From the sequence record DRR723986_6244: 34,929 bases of DNA. One strand, written 5' to 3'. Position numbers and translations under genes: made by a program. This document shows positions 1 through 7,650 of this stretch, piece after piece. Position 1 is the stretch's first letter. Every line of letters starts with the position of its first letter. The notes below the pieces were generated by a model. It was given only the letters and a program-made list of their open reading frames with translations, did no database searches and had not been told where the DNA came from.

Positions 1-1
1 G

Positions 2-376
2 CTGGAAAATCCGGCAGAGCCTGCCGCCCGGGCAGCAATAGGCATGGCCCGTGCCATCAGGGCGGACAACACGGCACGCGTTGCCCGCGGTGAAGCGCCT
101 GTGCGAATTCGCATCGGCCTTCACATGGGACCGCTCGTGGTCGGCGATATCGGTGCACCGGAGCGGGTTAACTACACGGTCATCGGCGACACAGTGAACG
201 CCGCTTCCCGGCTGGAGAGCCTCGGCAAGGAGATCGACGGCAGCTCCGATGTGGTGATCCTCATCTCCAGCGAGATCGCCAAGCGACTTGGCAACACCGT
301 TGAGTACCGGTCCATCGGCCAGCATCAGGTAAAAGGCAGAGTTGAGCCCCTGGAGGTGGTCCGGCTCATCGATTGA
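2..376 (+). CDS. Class III adenylate/guanylate cyclase, C-terminal part (5' end outside window)
   Basis: Cyclase motifs [29 protein letters not shown] and VKGR; frame open from the window edge. Confidence 0.92.
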   Translation: MENPAEPAARAAIGMARAIRADNTARVARGEAPVRIRIGLHMGPLVVGDIGAPERVNYTVIGDTVNAASRLESLGKEIDGSSDVVILISSEIAKRLGNTVEYRSIGQHQVKGRVEPLEVVRLID

Positions 377-427
377 CGCTCGCCACTGGAGGAAGCGGCC
401 AGCGCTACCCAGCACTGGCTGTTCGGT

Positions 428-997
428 TCAGAGGATTCGGTAGAGTGTCCGGTCACGCCTCAGAACGTGGTGGAACAGTACCGCGCCAATGTGAAGGGCA
501 AACAGTGCCAGCAACGCCCATGCACTCCAGGAATGAATGGCCGACAGTGTCCCCGCAATGTCTGGTGACTTGCCGATCGGGCTCCAGACCGGAACCAGGC
601 CGAACCAGCTCAACGGAAATCCGTGGGCGTTTGTTGCCAGAAACCCGCTGACCGGCATGACGATCAGGAACAGATAGAGAAGCCCGTGAACGACGCTGGC
701 CGCCAGTCGTTCCAGAGCCGGGCCCTCCTCCGCCGGCTTTCGAGCAACAAGCTTGTTGCCGACACGAACCAGCATCAGCCAGAGCACCAGAAAGCCGAAA
801 CTTTCGTGCAGCAGGTAGAAATCCAGGGACACATCGCTTTTCACGAACTTGATCACGTAACCCAGTGGCCATGTCGCCAGAACCAAAGCGGCAATCATCC
901 AGTGCAGGATCCTGGTGGTCCCCGCATGACGGCTTTCCGGTCCAAGGGGATGCGCATCGGTTCGCGAAGTCGTTTCCATGGAATTCAGCACTGTCAT
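428..997 (-). CDS. Cytochrome b561 family (CybB/YceJ-like) membrane protein
   Basis: Four hydrophobic helices with heme-ligand His motifs RILHW, LHESFG, VHGLLY..PVSG, IHSW, HIGAVLFHH; alternative start at 979. Confidence 0.9.
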   Translation of the reverse strand: MTVLNSMETTSRTDAHPLGPESRHAGTTRILHWMIAALVLATWPLGYVIKFVKSDVSLDFYLLHESFGFLVLWLMLVRVGNKLVARKPAEEGPALERLAASVVHGLLYLFLIVMPVSGFLATNAHGFPLSWFGLVPVWSPIGKSPDIAGTLSAIHSWSAWALLALFALHIGAVLFHHVLRRDRTLYRIL

Positions 998-1054
998 TGT
1001 CCTTTTTATGCCTCAACAGCCCGGGTTCGTTTTGCGCCCGGTTCTTTCACGGTC

Positions 1055-1115
1055 GGCTGCCCGTCAGGTTCGGGTAGATGGCAACCGTTGTCACCAGCGT
1101 TTGAACCTGACACGA
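1055..1115 (-). ncRNA. sul1-like cis-regulatory RNA motif in the 5' leader of the cytochrome b561 gene
   Basis: Perfect 9-bp stem GUCAGGUUC (1111-1103) / GAACCUGAC (1071-1063); 3' side reads AUCUACCCGAACCUGACGGGCAGCC, matching my recollection of the alphaproteobacterial sul1 motif (not confirmed by Infernal). Confidence 0.5.
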
Positions 1116-1310
1116 GCCCTGTCACCGTCTCTTGTTAGCTCATCCCCTTCCCGGCCTCCTGTGACCAGCGACACTGCCCGAACAGCAGGCGCAAACGGTC
1201 TTGACATGAACCGGAGGAAACAACGCAAGGCGGCCCGGGTCCGGCAAGATCAGCGACAACGGATCCAGTATAAATCTGTCAGGCATTCCGGATGGCAAGA
1301 GCTTCGCAGG

Positions 1311-2450
1311 TCAGCGAAGTCGGAAGAAGCAGAACCGCTCGACCAGCCGCAAAAGGTCTTTCTGCGAGCGGCAGTTGGCCTTGGCCATTGTATTCTTCAA
1401 GTGTTTTCTTGCGGTGTCGAGTGAGATGCCGCGCTCAATGCAATGTTGCGACAGATCCTGCCCGGACGCGATTGCGCCAACCACAAGCTCCTCGGAAGGT
1501 GTCAGGCGGAACAATCCGGCAAATTGCCTGATCTCCGATGGGTCCGGCCCATGCTGCATGTGGAGCGGAATACACAGGACAGCCAGCATCGAACCGCCAC
1601 CACCGATCCCTCCGGGAACGGGCAGGAAGCGGACCCCGATCTGATGATCCGTTGTATCGGTGAGCGTAACGGTCTCGCCCGAAGGAACGCTCGAACGGAA
1701 GTGAAGGGCGTCCAGTGCAAGTGCAAGACGCCGGTTCAAGGCCCTGTCCCGGAAGACAAGACCCCGGCTGCTCATTTTCAGAACCTGTTCTTGCTGCAAG
1801 GCTTCGGCCTGATCGTTCGCGAAGACGATCCTGCCCCCTGCGGTCACCAGGATTATCCCTTGCCCGCGTGCCGTCAGGAGATTGCCGAGCGTTTCCGTAT
1901 TCGCTTTTGCTTCAGCCAGTGTCAGATGGATCCGCAAGGCCTGCCGGGTATGGCCGAGGATCATCTGCTGAGCCTCGAGCTGATCTTTTTCCCAAGGCTC
2001 CTCTTCATAGAGAGAAAAGCCAAGCCAGCTCAAGCGATCGGGCATGGCGAGCTGGGCGCCAGTTACCTCGTAGAGTTCGAAAGGCAGCAGGTTCTCGTGA
2101 TAGACGGGACTGGCCATCCGCTCTTCGTCGGTCCACAGGAGATCTCCGTGCAGAACTCTTCCGACCGGTGCATCCAGGATGCGCGGATACCTGACATCAA
2201 GCTCTGCGTAAGTGCCCATGTAATCCTTGTGAAAATCAGGATCCATGCGAACCGTGACGAAGAGGTCGTCCCCCGCATCTGTCAGGTTGTTGGAGAAGAA
2301 GTGACAACTCTTTGCCTGGAGGGCGTCGGTCACCTCTTCCATCGCCGGCTTCCAGAGCTCCGCCGTAACCGCGGCCTCATAAAGGCCCCGGATGGCAGCG
2401 TTCAGTCTTGCCTGATCGACTTTCACCTTGCCCTCGCCGAATGGTTGCAC
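1311..2450 (-). CDS. Transcriptional regulator with N-terminal sensor (GAF/PAS-like) region and C-terminal LuxR-type HTH
   Basis: C-terminal LTPSE...GISLDTARKHLKNTMAKANCRSQKDL HTH; PAS-like GRIVFANDQAE; GTG start at 2450, or at 2426 after GAGG. Confidence 0.85.
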   Translation of the reverse strand: MQPFGEGKVKVDQARLNAAIRGLYEAAVTAELWKPAMEEVTDALQAKSCHFFSNNLTDAGDDLFVTVRMDPDFHKDYMGTYAELDVRYPRILDAPVGRVLHGDLLWTDEERMASPVYHENLLPFELYEVTGAQLAMPDRLSWLGFSLYEEEPWEKDQLEAQQMILGHTRQALRIHLTLAEAKANTETLGNLLTARGQGIILVTAGGRIVFANDQAEALQQEQVLKMSSRGLVFRDRALNRRLALALDALHFRSSVPSGETVTLTDTTDHQIGVRFLPVPGGIGGGGSMLAVLCIPLHMQHGPDPSEIRQFAGLFRLTPSEELVVGAIASGQDLSQHCIERGISLDTARKHLKNTMAKANCRSQKDLLRLVERFCFFRLR

Positions 2451-2545
2451 CCTATGACGTATATTCTGCCAAGATCTATTTCAAGAATGTTATGTAGATC
2501 ACAAAGTTTTCGCGTTCGGCGACTTTTCGAATTCCAACAAACAAC

Positions 2546-2574
2546 AAAAAAGCCGCCGGAGTTATCCGGCGGCT
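2546..2574 (-). terminator. Rho-independent terminator of hss
   Basis: 10-bp stem AGCCGCCGGA/TCCGGCGGCT followed by a U-tract on the minus strand, 27 bp after the hss stop. Confidence 0.85.
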
Positions 2575-2601
2575 ATATTCACCAAAGGTTGCCCTTTTTC
2601 G

Positions 2602-4572
2602 CTATCGCACCAGAATGTTACGGAATTGCCAGGGATCCTTGGTGTCGATATCTTCCTTGTAGAAGCCAGGCCGCCCCTCCAGAGGTGTCCAGTCCGTATA
2701 ATAGCCCTTGACCGGGCCAAGATACGGCAGCTGGATTTCGAGGCAGCGCTTGTAGTCCATCTCGTCCGTCTCGACGATGCCCGCTTCCGGGTTCTCCAAC
2801 GCCCAGACCATTCCGGCCAGAACGGCCGAAGTCACCTGCAGACCGGTCGCGTTCTGATACGGCGCAAGGTCCCGGGCCTCCTCGACAGACAGCTGGGAGC
2901 CATACCAATAGGCGTTTTTCTTGTGACCGTAGAGCAGAACACCGAGTTCATCGATGCCGTCCTGCAGTTCACTTTCGTCGAGAACGTGTAGCGTCTCCTG
3001 AACCTTTCCTGCGGAGCCGAACAGTTCATGCAGCGAGAGCACGGCTACGTTCGCCGGATGATAGGCATAGTGGCATGTCGGGCGGTAGCTGACCTTCTTG
3101 CCGTCGCTCACGGAGAAGTAGTCGGCGATGGAGATTGCTTCATTGTGCGTGACAAGGAAGCCATATTGCGCGCCTGGCGTCGGGCACCAGGTCCGCACAC
3201 GGGTGTTGGCGCCCGGCTGTTCCAGATAGATCGCTGCCTTGCAGCCTTTCTTGTGCTTCTTGGCATTCGCAGGCTTCCAGGTTTCATGCGTGCCCCAGCC
3301 GAGTTCCGCAGGCTGGAAACCTTCGGAAAGGAAACCTTCCACCGACCAGGTGTTCCAGAACTCGCCGAATGGTTTCGGTTCTTTGGCCCGCTGAGTGTCA
3401 CGCTCGGCAATATGGATGCCTTTGACACCCACCTTTTTCATCAGTTTGGCCCAGCCCTTCTGGCTGGACGGTTCCTTGAACTTGACGCCGGTATCGGTCG
3501 CGATATCCACCAGCGCCTTCTTCACGAACCAGGAGACCATGCCGGGATTGGCGCCGCAGCAGGAAACTGCCGTAGTACCACCAGGATGTTTCTTCTTTTC
3601 GCGTCGTACGGCCTCACGAAGTGCATAATTGGTCCGGTCAGCTGCCGTTGCGGTGTCGTCGAAGTAGAACCCCGGCCAGGGTTCGACCACCGTGTCGATA
3701 TAGAGCACGCCAAGCTTGCGGCAGAATTTCATCAGGTCCAGCGATGAAGTGTCGACAGACAGATTAACGACAAACCCCTGCCCCTCGCCCTCCGTGAGCA
3801 AAGGCGTGAGTATGTCCTTGTAGTTTTCAGGCGTCAGGGCGACTTTTTCGAACCGGTATCCCCGGTCGGTCACCAGCTTGGCATCACTGTCAACCGGGTC
3901 GATGACGGTAAACCGGCTCTTGTCGAATTTGAAATGACGCTCGATCAGCGGCAGCGTTCCCTTGCCGATGGAACCAAGACCGATCATCACAAGCGGGCCG
4001 GTGATTGTTCCGTGAACAGCGCCAGCTGATGCTGTGGAACCTGCTTTCGGTTCAGCGGCCTTCGAAGCTGCTGCCTTCGGTGCAGAAGCTTTAGGAGCGG
4101 CTGTCTTCGCCTTAGACGCATTCGCTGCTTCCGGTTTCACCGGAGCCGCCTTTTTGGCAGCCGGCTTGGCCGCAGTCTTGGCCTCAGTCTTGGTCTGCGT
4201 TTTTGCAGCAGCAGGTTTCGGTGTCCTGCTTGTCGAAGGTTTTGTGGCCGCCACAGACTTTGCGGGCGCTTTCGCGTCAGCTGCCTTGGTAGCGGAGGTT
4301 GTCGGCTTTTTGGTTGCGGGTTTCGCAGCAGCAGGTTTTGCAGAGGCCGTTTTGGCCGGAGATTTTGCAGCAGCCGGTTTGGCGGGCGCAGCCTTGGCTG
4401 CTGCTGGCTTCGCCGACGATGATTTGGCAGGTGTCGAATTGGAGCTTGCCGGCTTTGCCGATGCGGCTCTGGAAGCGGACGTACGCGATGTGGTCTTGCG
4501 CCGTGTTGTTGGCTTTGCGGCAGCTTTTACCGCCGGCTTCTTCGGCGCACCGTCGTTGGTGTCGTCGGTCAT
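2602..4572 (-). CDS. hss: Homospermidine synthase with ~185-aa Ala/Lys/Pro-rich N-terminal extension
   Basis: GPLVMIGLGSIGKGTLPLIERHF Rossmann start, CCGANPGMVSWFVK, NTWSVEGF, PAELGWGTHE, NATGLQV, DPWQF; ATG at 4572 with GGAG SD at 4581-4584. Confidence 0.95.
   Translation of the reverse strand: MTDDTNDGAPKKPAVKAAAKPTTRRKTTSRTSASRAASAKPASSNSTPAKSSSAKPAAAKAAPAKPAAAKSPAKTASAKPAAAKPATKKPTTSATKAADAKAPAKSVAATKPSTSRTPKPAAAKTQTKTEAKTAAKPAAKKAAPVKPEAANASKAKTAAPKASAPKAAASKAAEPKAGSTASAGAVHGTITGPLVMIGLGSIGKGTLPLIERHFKFDKSRFTVIDPVDSDAKLVTDRGYRFEKVALTPENYKDILTPLLTEGEGQGFVVNLSVDTSSLDLMKFCRKLGVLYIDTVVEPWPGFYFDDTATAADRTNYALREAVRREKKKHPGGTTAVSCCGANPGMVSWFVKKALVDIATDTGVKFKEPSSQKGWAKLMKKVGVKGIHIAERDTQRAKEPKPFGEFWNTWSVEGFLSEGFQPAELGWGTHETWKPANAKKHKKGCKAAIYLEQPGANTRVRTWCPTPGAQYGFLVTHNEAISIADYFSVSDGKKVSYRPTCHYAYHPANVAVLSLHELFGSAGKVQETLHVLDESELQDGIDELGVLLYGHKKNAYWYGSQLSVEEARDLAPYQNATGLQVTSAVLAGMVWALENPEAGIVETDEMDYKRCLEIQLPYLGPVKGYYTDWTPLEGRPGFYKEDIDTKDPWQFRNILVR
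4021..4545 (-). repeat. Low-complexity KPAA/KPAAAK repeat region encoding a histone H1/AlgP-like tail
   Basis: Repeats such as AKPAAAK, KAAP, KPAAKK in frame with hss; about 34 Lys and 5 Arg in the first 185 aa; no aromatic residues. Confidence 0.9.
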
Positions 4573-4789
4573 ATGCGTAACTCCAATCCTATCCGATATG
4601 CCGCCCACATCGCTTCCAGAGGGTCCGGCCCGTTGGGAAATCCTTCAAACAGCAAAGCGCACTTATTGCGCCTTTGTTAGGTGTGGCTGGTTTCTGCAGG
4701 AATTTCAAGTCTTCTCGATGAAAGCCCGTTCAAGGAAAGACAAATGACCGTCTCAACCCTGTTATTTTTAAACAAACAAGCCTGTGCTT

Positions 4790-4830
4790 AAAAAACAAGA
4801 GACGGCGGCGAAAAACTTCGCCGCCGTCTC
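4790..4830 (-). terminator. Rho-independent terminator after odc-GNAT
   Basis: 14-bp stem GAGACGGCGGCGAA/TTCGCCGCCGTCTC followed by TTGTTTTTT on the minus strand. Confidence 0.85.
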
Positions 4831-4843
4831 CAAGTCTAAAGCT

Positions 4844-5395
4844 TCAAATTGCTTGCGAAACCGAGAAGACGTCTTCCCGGGCAGCCGGCACTGCCATCGG
4901 ATCCAGTACACCGGATGCCGAAAGCACACCCTCCAGGCCGTCAATGTGCCCTGGAGTGAACTCCAGTGCGAGGAAACGGTGATAGTCCACCGGTCCCGGC
5001 ATCCCGACCTTGTCGAGAAGGCCCGCAGCAAAACCGAAGCGGGTATAATACGGCTGATCGCCGACCAGGATCACGGATCCATGGCCAAGCACGGCAGCCT
5101 GGTTGAGGGCGTGCCGCATCAGGCGGTCTCCGACCTTCAGACCCCGGCAAGCCGGATCGACGGCAAGGGGTCCGAGCAACAGGCTTTGCGAGCCGTTGCG
5201 GTCCGCCACAGACCAGAGCCTTACCGTGCCAACGAGCTTGCCAGATTCGTCGATTGCAGAAAATGCGAAGACCGGAAGCCGGCCTTCACGCAGACGCTCG
5301 GAGGTTTTCCTGAAGCGGTCCTCGCCGAAACAAAGGTCAAGCAGACCCTCGCGGGCGCCAGTGTGATCCGGCGCCTCGTCCACAATATCAATCAT
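4844..5395 (-). CDS. GNAT family N-acetyltransferase (YhbS-like)
   Basis: LLLGPLAVDP..RGLKVG acetyl-CoA motif, VILVGD.PYY.RFGF; ATG at 5395 with GAGG SD overlapping the odc stop. Confidence 0.9.
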   Translation of the reverse strand: MIDIVDEAPDHTGAREGLLDLCFGEDRFRKTSERLREGRLPVFAFSAIDESGKLVGTVRLWSVADRNGSQSLLLGPLAVDPACRGLKVGDRLMRHALNQAAVLGHGSVILVGDQPYYTRFGFAAGLLDKVGMPGPVDYHRFLALEFTPGHIDGLEGVLSASGVLDPMAVPAAREDVFSVSQAI

Positions 5396-5405
5396 GGCAC
5401 TTGCC

Positions 5406-6536
5406 TCAGATGACGAAGGACGCCAGCGGCGCGAAGCCGTTGAAGCCGACCGTGGAATAGGTCGTGGTGTAGGCACCACAAGCCTCGATCAGCACCTTGT
5501 CGCCAATGGACAGGCTCACCGGCAGTTCGTACGGCGTCTTTTCGTAAAGAACGTCCACGCTGTCGCAGGTCGGGCCGGCCAGCACGCAAGGTGCGGTGGT
5601 GTCGCCGTCGCGCGGGGTGCGGATCGGATAACGGATCGCCTCGTCCATGGTTTCGGCCAGGCCGTGGAACTTGCCGATATCGAGATAGACCCAGCGCACT
5701 TCGTCGTTTGCGGATTTGCGGGAAATCAGCACGACTTCAGCTTCGATCATGCCGGCATTGCCGACCATGCCGCGGCCGGGCTCGATGATGGTGGACGGCA
5801 GACGGTTGCCGAAGTGCTTGCACAGCGCCTGGAAGATCGCTTCGCCGTATGTCGAAACGCCCGGGACGTCCTTCAGGTAACGGGTCGGGAAGCCCCCACC
5901 CATGTTGACCATTTTCAGTTCGATGCCGCGGAGCGCCATTTCCTGGAAAACGCCTGCTGCCATGGCGAGAGCGAGATCCCACGCCGTGAGGTTGGCTTGC
6001 TGGGAGCCGACATGGAAGGAAACGCCATGGGCGACAAGGCCGAGCCGGTGCCCGTGTTCGAGCACGTCGGGCGCCATTTCGGGGTCGCAGCCGAATTTGC
6101 GGGAGAGCGGCCACTCGGCGCCGACGCCGTCGCACAGGACGCGGCAGAAGATTTTGGAGCCAGGGGCAACGCGGGCGATTTTTTCAACTTCTTCGACGCA
6201 GTCGACGGCGAAGAGGCGGACGCCATACTGATAGGCACGCGCAATATCCTTCTCCTTCTTGATCGTGTTGCCGTAGGAAATGCGGTCGGCGGATGCGCCG
6301 GTTGCCAGCACCATTTCGATTTCGCCGACGGAGGCGCAATCGAAGGAGGAGCCGAGGCTTTCCAGGAGCGACAGGATTTCAGGTGCCGGGTTGGCTTTCA
6401 CTGCGTAGTAGACGGAGGTGTCCGGCAGGGACTTGGCAAAAGCTTCAAAGTTGTCGCGCACGATGTCGAGATCGACAACAACGCACGGGCCATCTTCGTC
6501 ACGTCGGCGGAGGAAATCGCGGATACGGTCGCTCAT
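5406..6536 (-). CDS. odc: Ornithine (lysine/ornithine) decarboxylase, fold-type III PLP enzyme
   Basis: YYAVKANP (PLP Lys), FDCASVGE, KFG, SFHVGSQ, MGGG, IEPGR, GPTCDS.D, GAYT; ATG at 6536 after GAGGGGAG. Confidence 0.93.
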   Translation of the reverse strand: MSDRIRDFLRRRDEDGPCVVVDLDIVRDNFEAFAKSLPDTSVYYAVKANPAPEILSLLESLGSSFDCASVGEIEMVLATGASADRISYGNTIKKEKDIARAYQYGVRLFAVDCVEEVEKIARVAPGSKIFCRVLCDGVGAEWPLSRKFGCDPEMAPDVLEHGHRLGLVAHGVSFHVGSQQANLTAWDLALAMAAGVFQEMALRGIELKMVNMGGGFPTRYLKDVPGVSTYGEAIFQALCKHFGNRLPSTIIEPGRGMVGNAGMIEAEVVLISRKSANDEVRWVYLDIGKFHGLAETMDEAIRYPIRTPRDGDTTAPCVLAGPTCDSVDVLYEKTPYELPVSLSIGDKVLIEACGAYTTTYSTVGFNGFAPLASFVI

Positions 6537-6749
6537 TGGGGGGCTCCCCTCTTTCTCAATCTCAGCCGCAGGCGCGCTAATCCTTGGCGTGCGCGCTGCG
6601 TTCACGTCGCAGGGTGCTGCAATGCGCACCGGGCCTCCCCCGGGATGGAACCGGAGGCCGGGTTGACTGCAGCGACGGTTGGGCTATGCGACTGCCAAGC
6701 AGCACAAAGCTTTCCCGCGTCGGGAAATGCCGTTGATTGGATCGGGAGA

Positions 6750-6860
6750 ACCGAACCGCACGTCGGGCAATGATGTAACAAGTGCCTCTTCAGTGACGCC
6801 GGAGGTTGGAAACCCCGGCAGAGACCAAAAAAGCCCTCTTACGTCGTTGCTTTAAGCCGT
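6750..6860 (-). ncRNA. speF leader RNA motif upstream of ornithine decarboxylase
   Basis: Minus strand CTTAAAGCAACGACG..GGGCTTTTTTGGTCTCTGCCGG..CCGG..GAAGAGGCAC..CATTGCCCGACGTGCGG resembles the rhizobial speF leader as I recall it, at its expected position 5' of odc; boundaries approximate. Confidence 0.7.
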
Positions 6861-6973
6861 CCGGATCTCAACTGCCCCGCCCCTTGGCGGATTGTCTGGC
6901 AGCGGCCCCTTAAGAGATGTCTTGTTGAACATCCCATGGACGACCACGGGCACGTGCGAATTTGGGCAAGGCG

Positions 6974-7002
6974 TATATGCGCCCGTTCGCCCCCCGATGC
7001 AA
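6974..7002 (-). promoter_or_regulatory. Putative sigma70 promoter for the odc leader
   Basis: TTGCAT-N17-CATATA on the minus strand, implying a ~430-nt 5' leader. Confidence 0.5.
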
Positions 7003-7241
7003 TAGGAAATTTTCAGTTGCAGAAGGTTTTTTTCACGCTGAACCGGACGAGTGGTCTTCAGAGCCGAAAGCCTTGCCCAACCTTAACTATTTGCTAAAAA
7101 TTGTGACAGTCCCGGCAGGCGTTTTACGGTGCCTTGCCCGGTTCCTTGGATGCCGACCGGCATTGACTTGCCAGCCCTCGAGGGTCAGACAGCAAATCAC
7201 CACTTACCGGACCAAACGGACCGCTCGGGAAAGGCCAGCGC

Positions 7242-7622
7242 ATGAAGATCGGAAAGCTTGACCACGTCAATCTTCGCACCACGCGGCTCGACGAACTGAT
7301 CGCCTGGTATGGTGACATTCTCGGGATGGAACCTGGACCGCGTCCCGATTTTCCCTTTCCAGGCGCCTGGCTCTACGCGGGTAACGATGCTGCCATTCAT
7401 CTGGTCGGCGTTGAGGGGCCGGAAGCGACCGGATCCGAAGCAAAGCTGAAACTGGAACATTTCGCCTTTACCGCTTCCGGTCTGGAGGCTTTCGAAGCAA
7501 GACTGAACGAGCGCGGCGAACGTTATCGCCGCTCCGTTCAGCCCGGCACGGGGACGGTTGCCATCAATGTCTGGGACCCGGACGGCAACCATATCCATGT
7601 CGACTTCACCCCGGAAGGTTGA
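7242..7622 (+). CDS. VOC/glyoxalase family protein
   Basis: LDHVNL, GAWL, IHL, LEHFAF, DPDGNHI motifs. Confidence 0.9.
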   Translation: MKIGKLDHVNLRTTRLDELIAWYGDILGMEPGPRPDFPFPGAWLYAGNDAAIHLVGVEGPEATGSEAKLKLEHFAFTASGLEAFEARLNERGERYRRSVQPGTGTVAINVWDPDGNHIHVDFTPEG

Positions 7623-7650
7623 CGACCGGACTGAAACGCCCGGATCGCCC

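Noticed and set aside
1063-1111. ACCCGAACCTGA resembling a TPP riboswitch core
   Set aside because: No upstream CTGAGA element or GATC..TAATGCC continuation, and no thiamine gene context
1443-2711. Long alternative ORFs (1443-2711, 4034-4747, 5394-6773, 13855-14898, 17559-19214, 22160-23473, 24128-25318, 28651-29646)
   Set aside because: Antisense shadows of well-supported genes in GC-rich DNA; no recognisable motifs or ribosome-binding sites
4021-4572. Separate histone-like gene merged with hss by a sequencing error
   Set aside because: No vestigial SD, start or stop at the junction and the frame is continuous; cannot be fully excluded without related genomes
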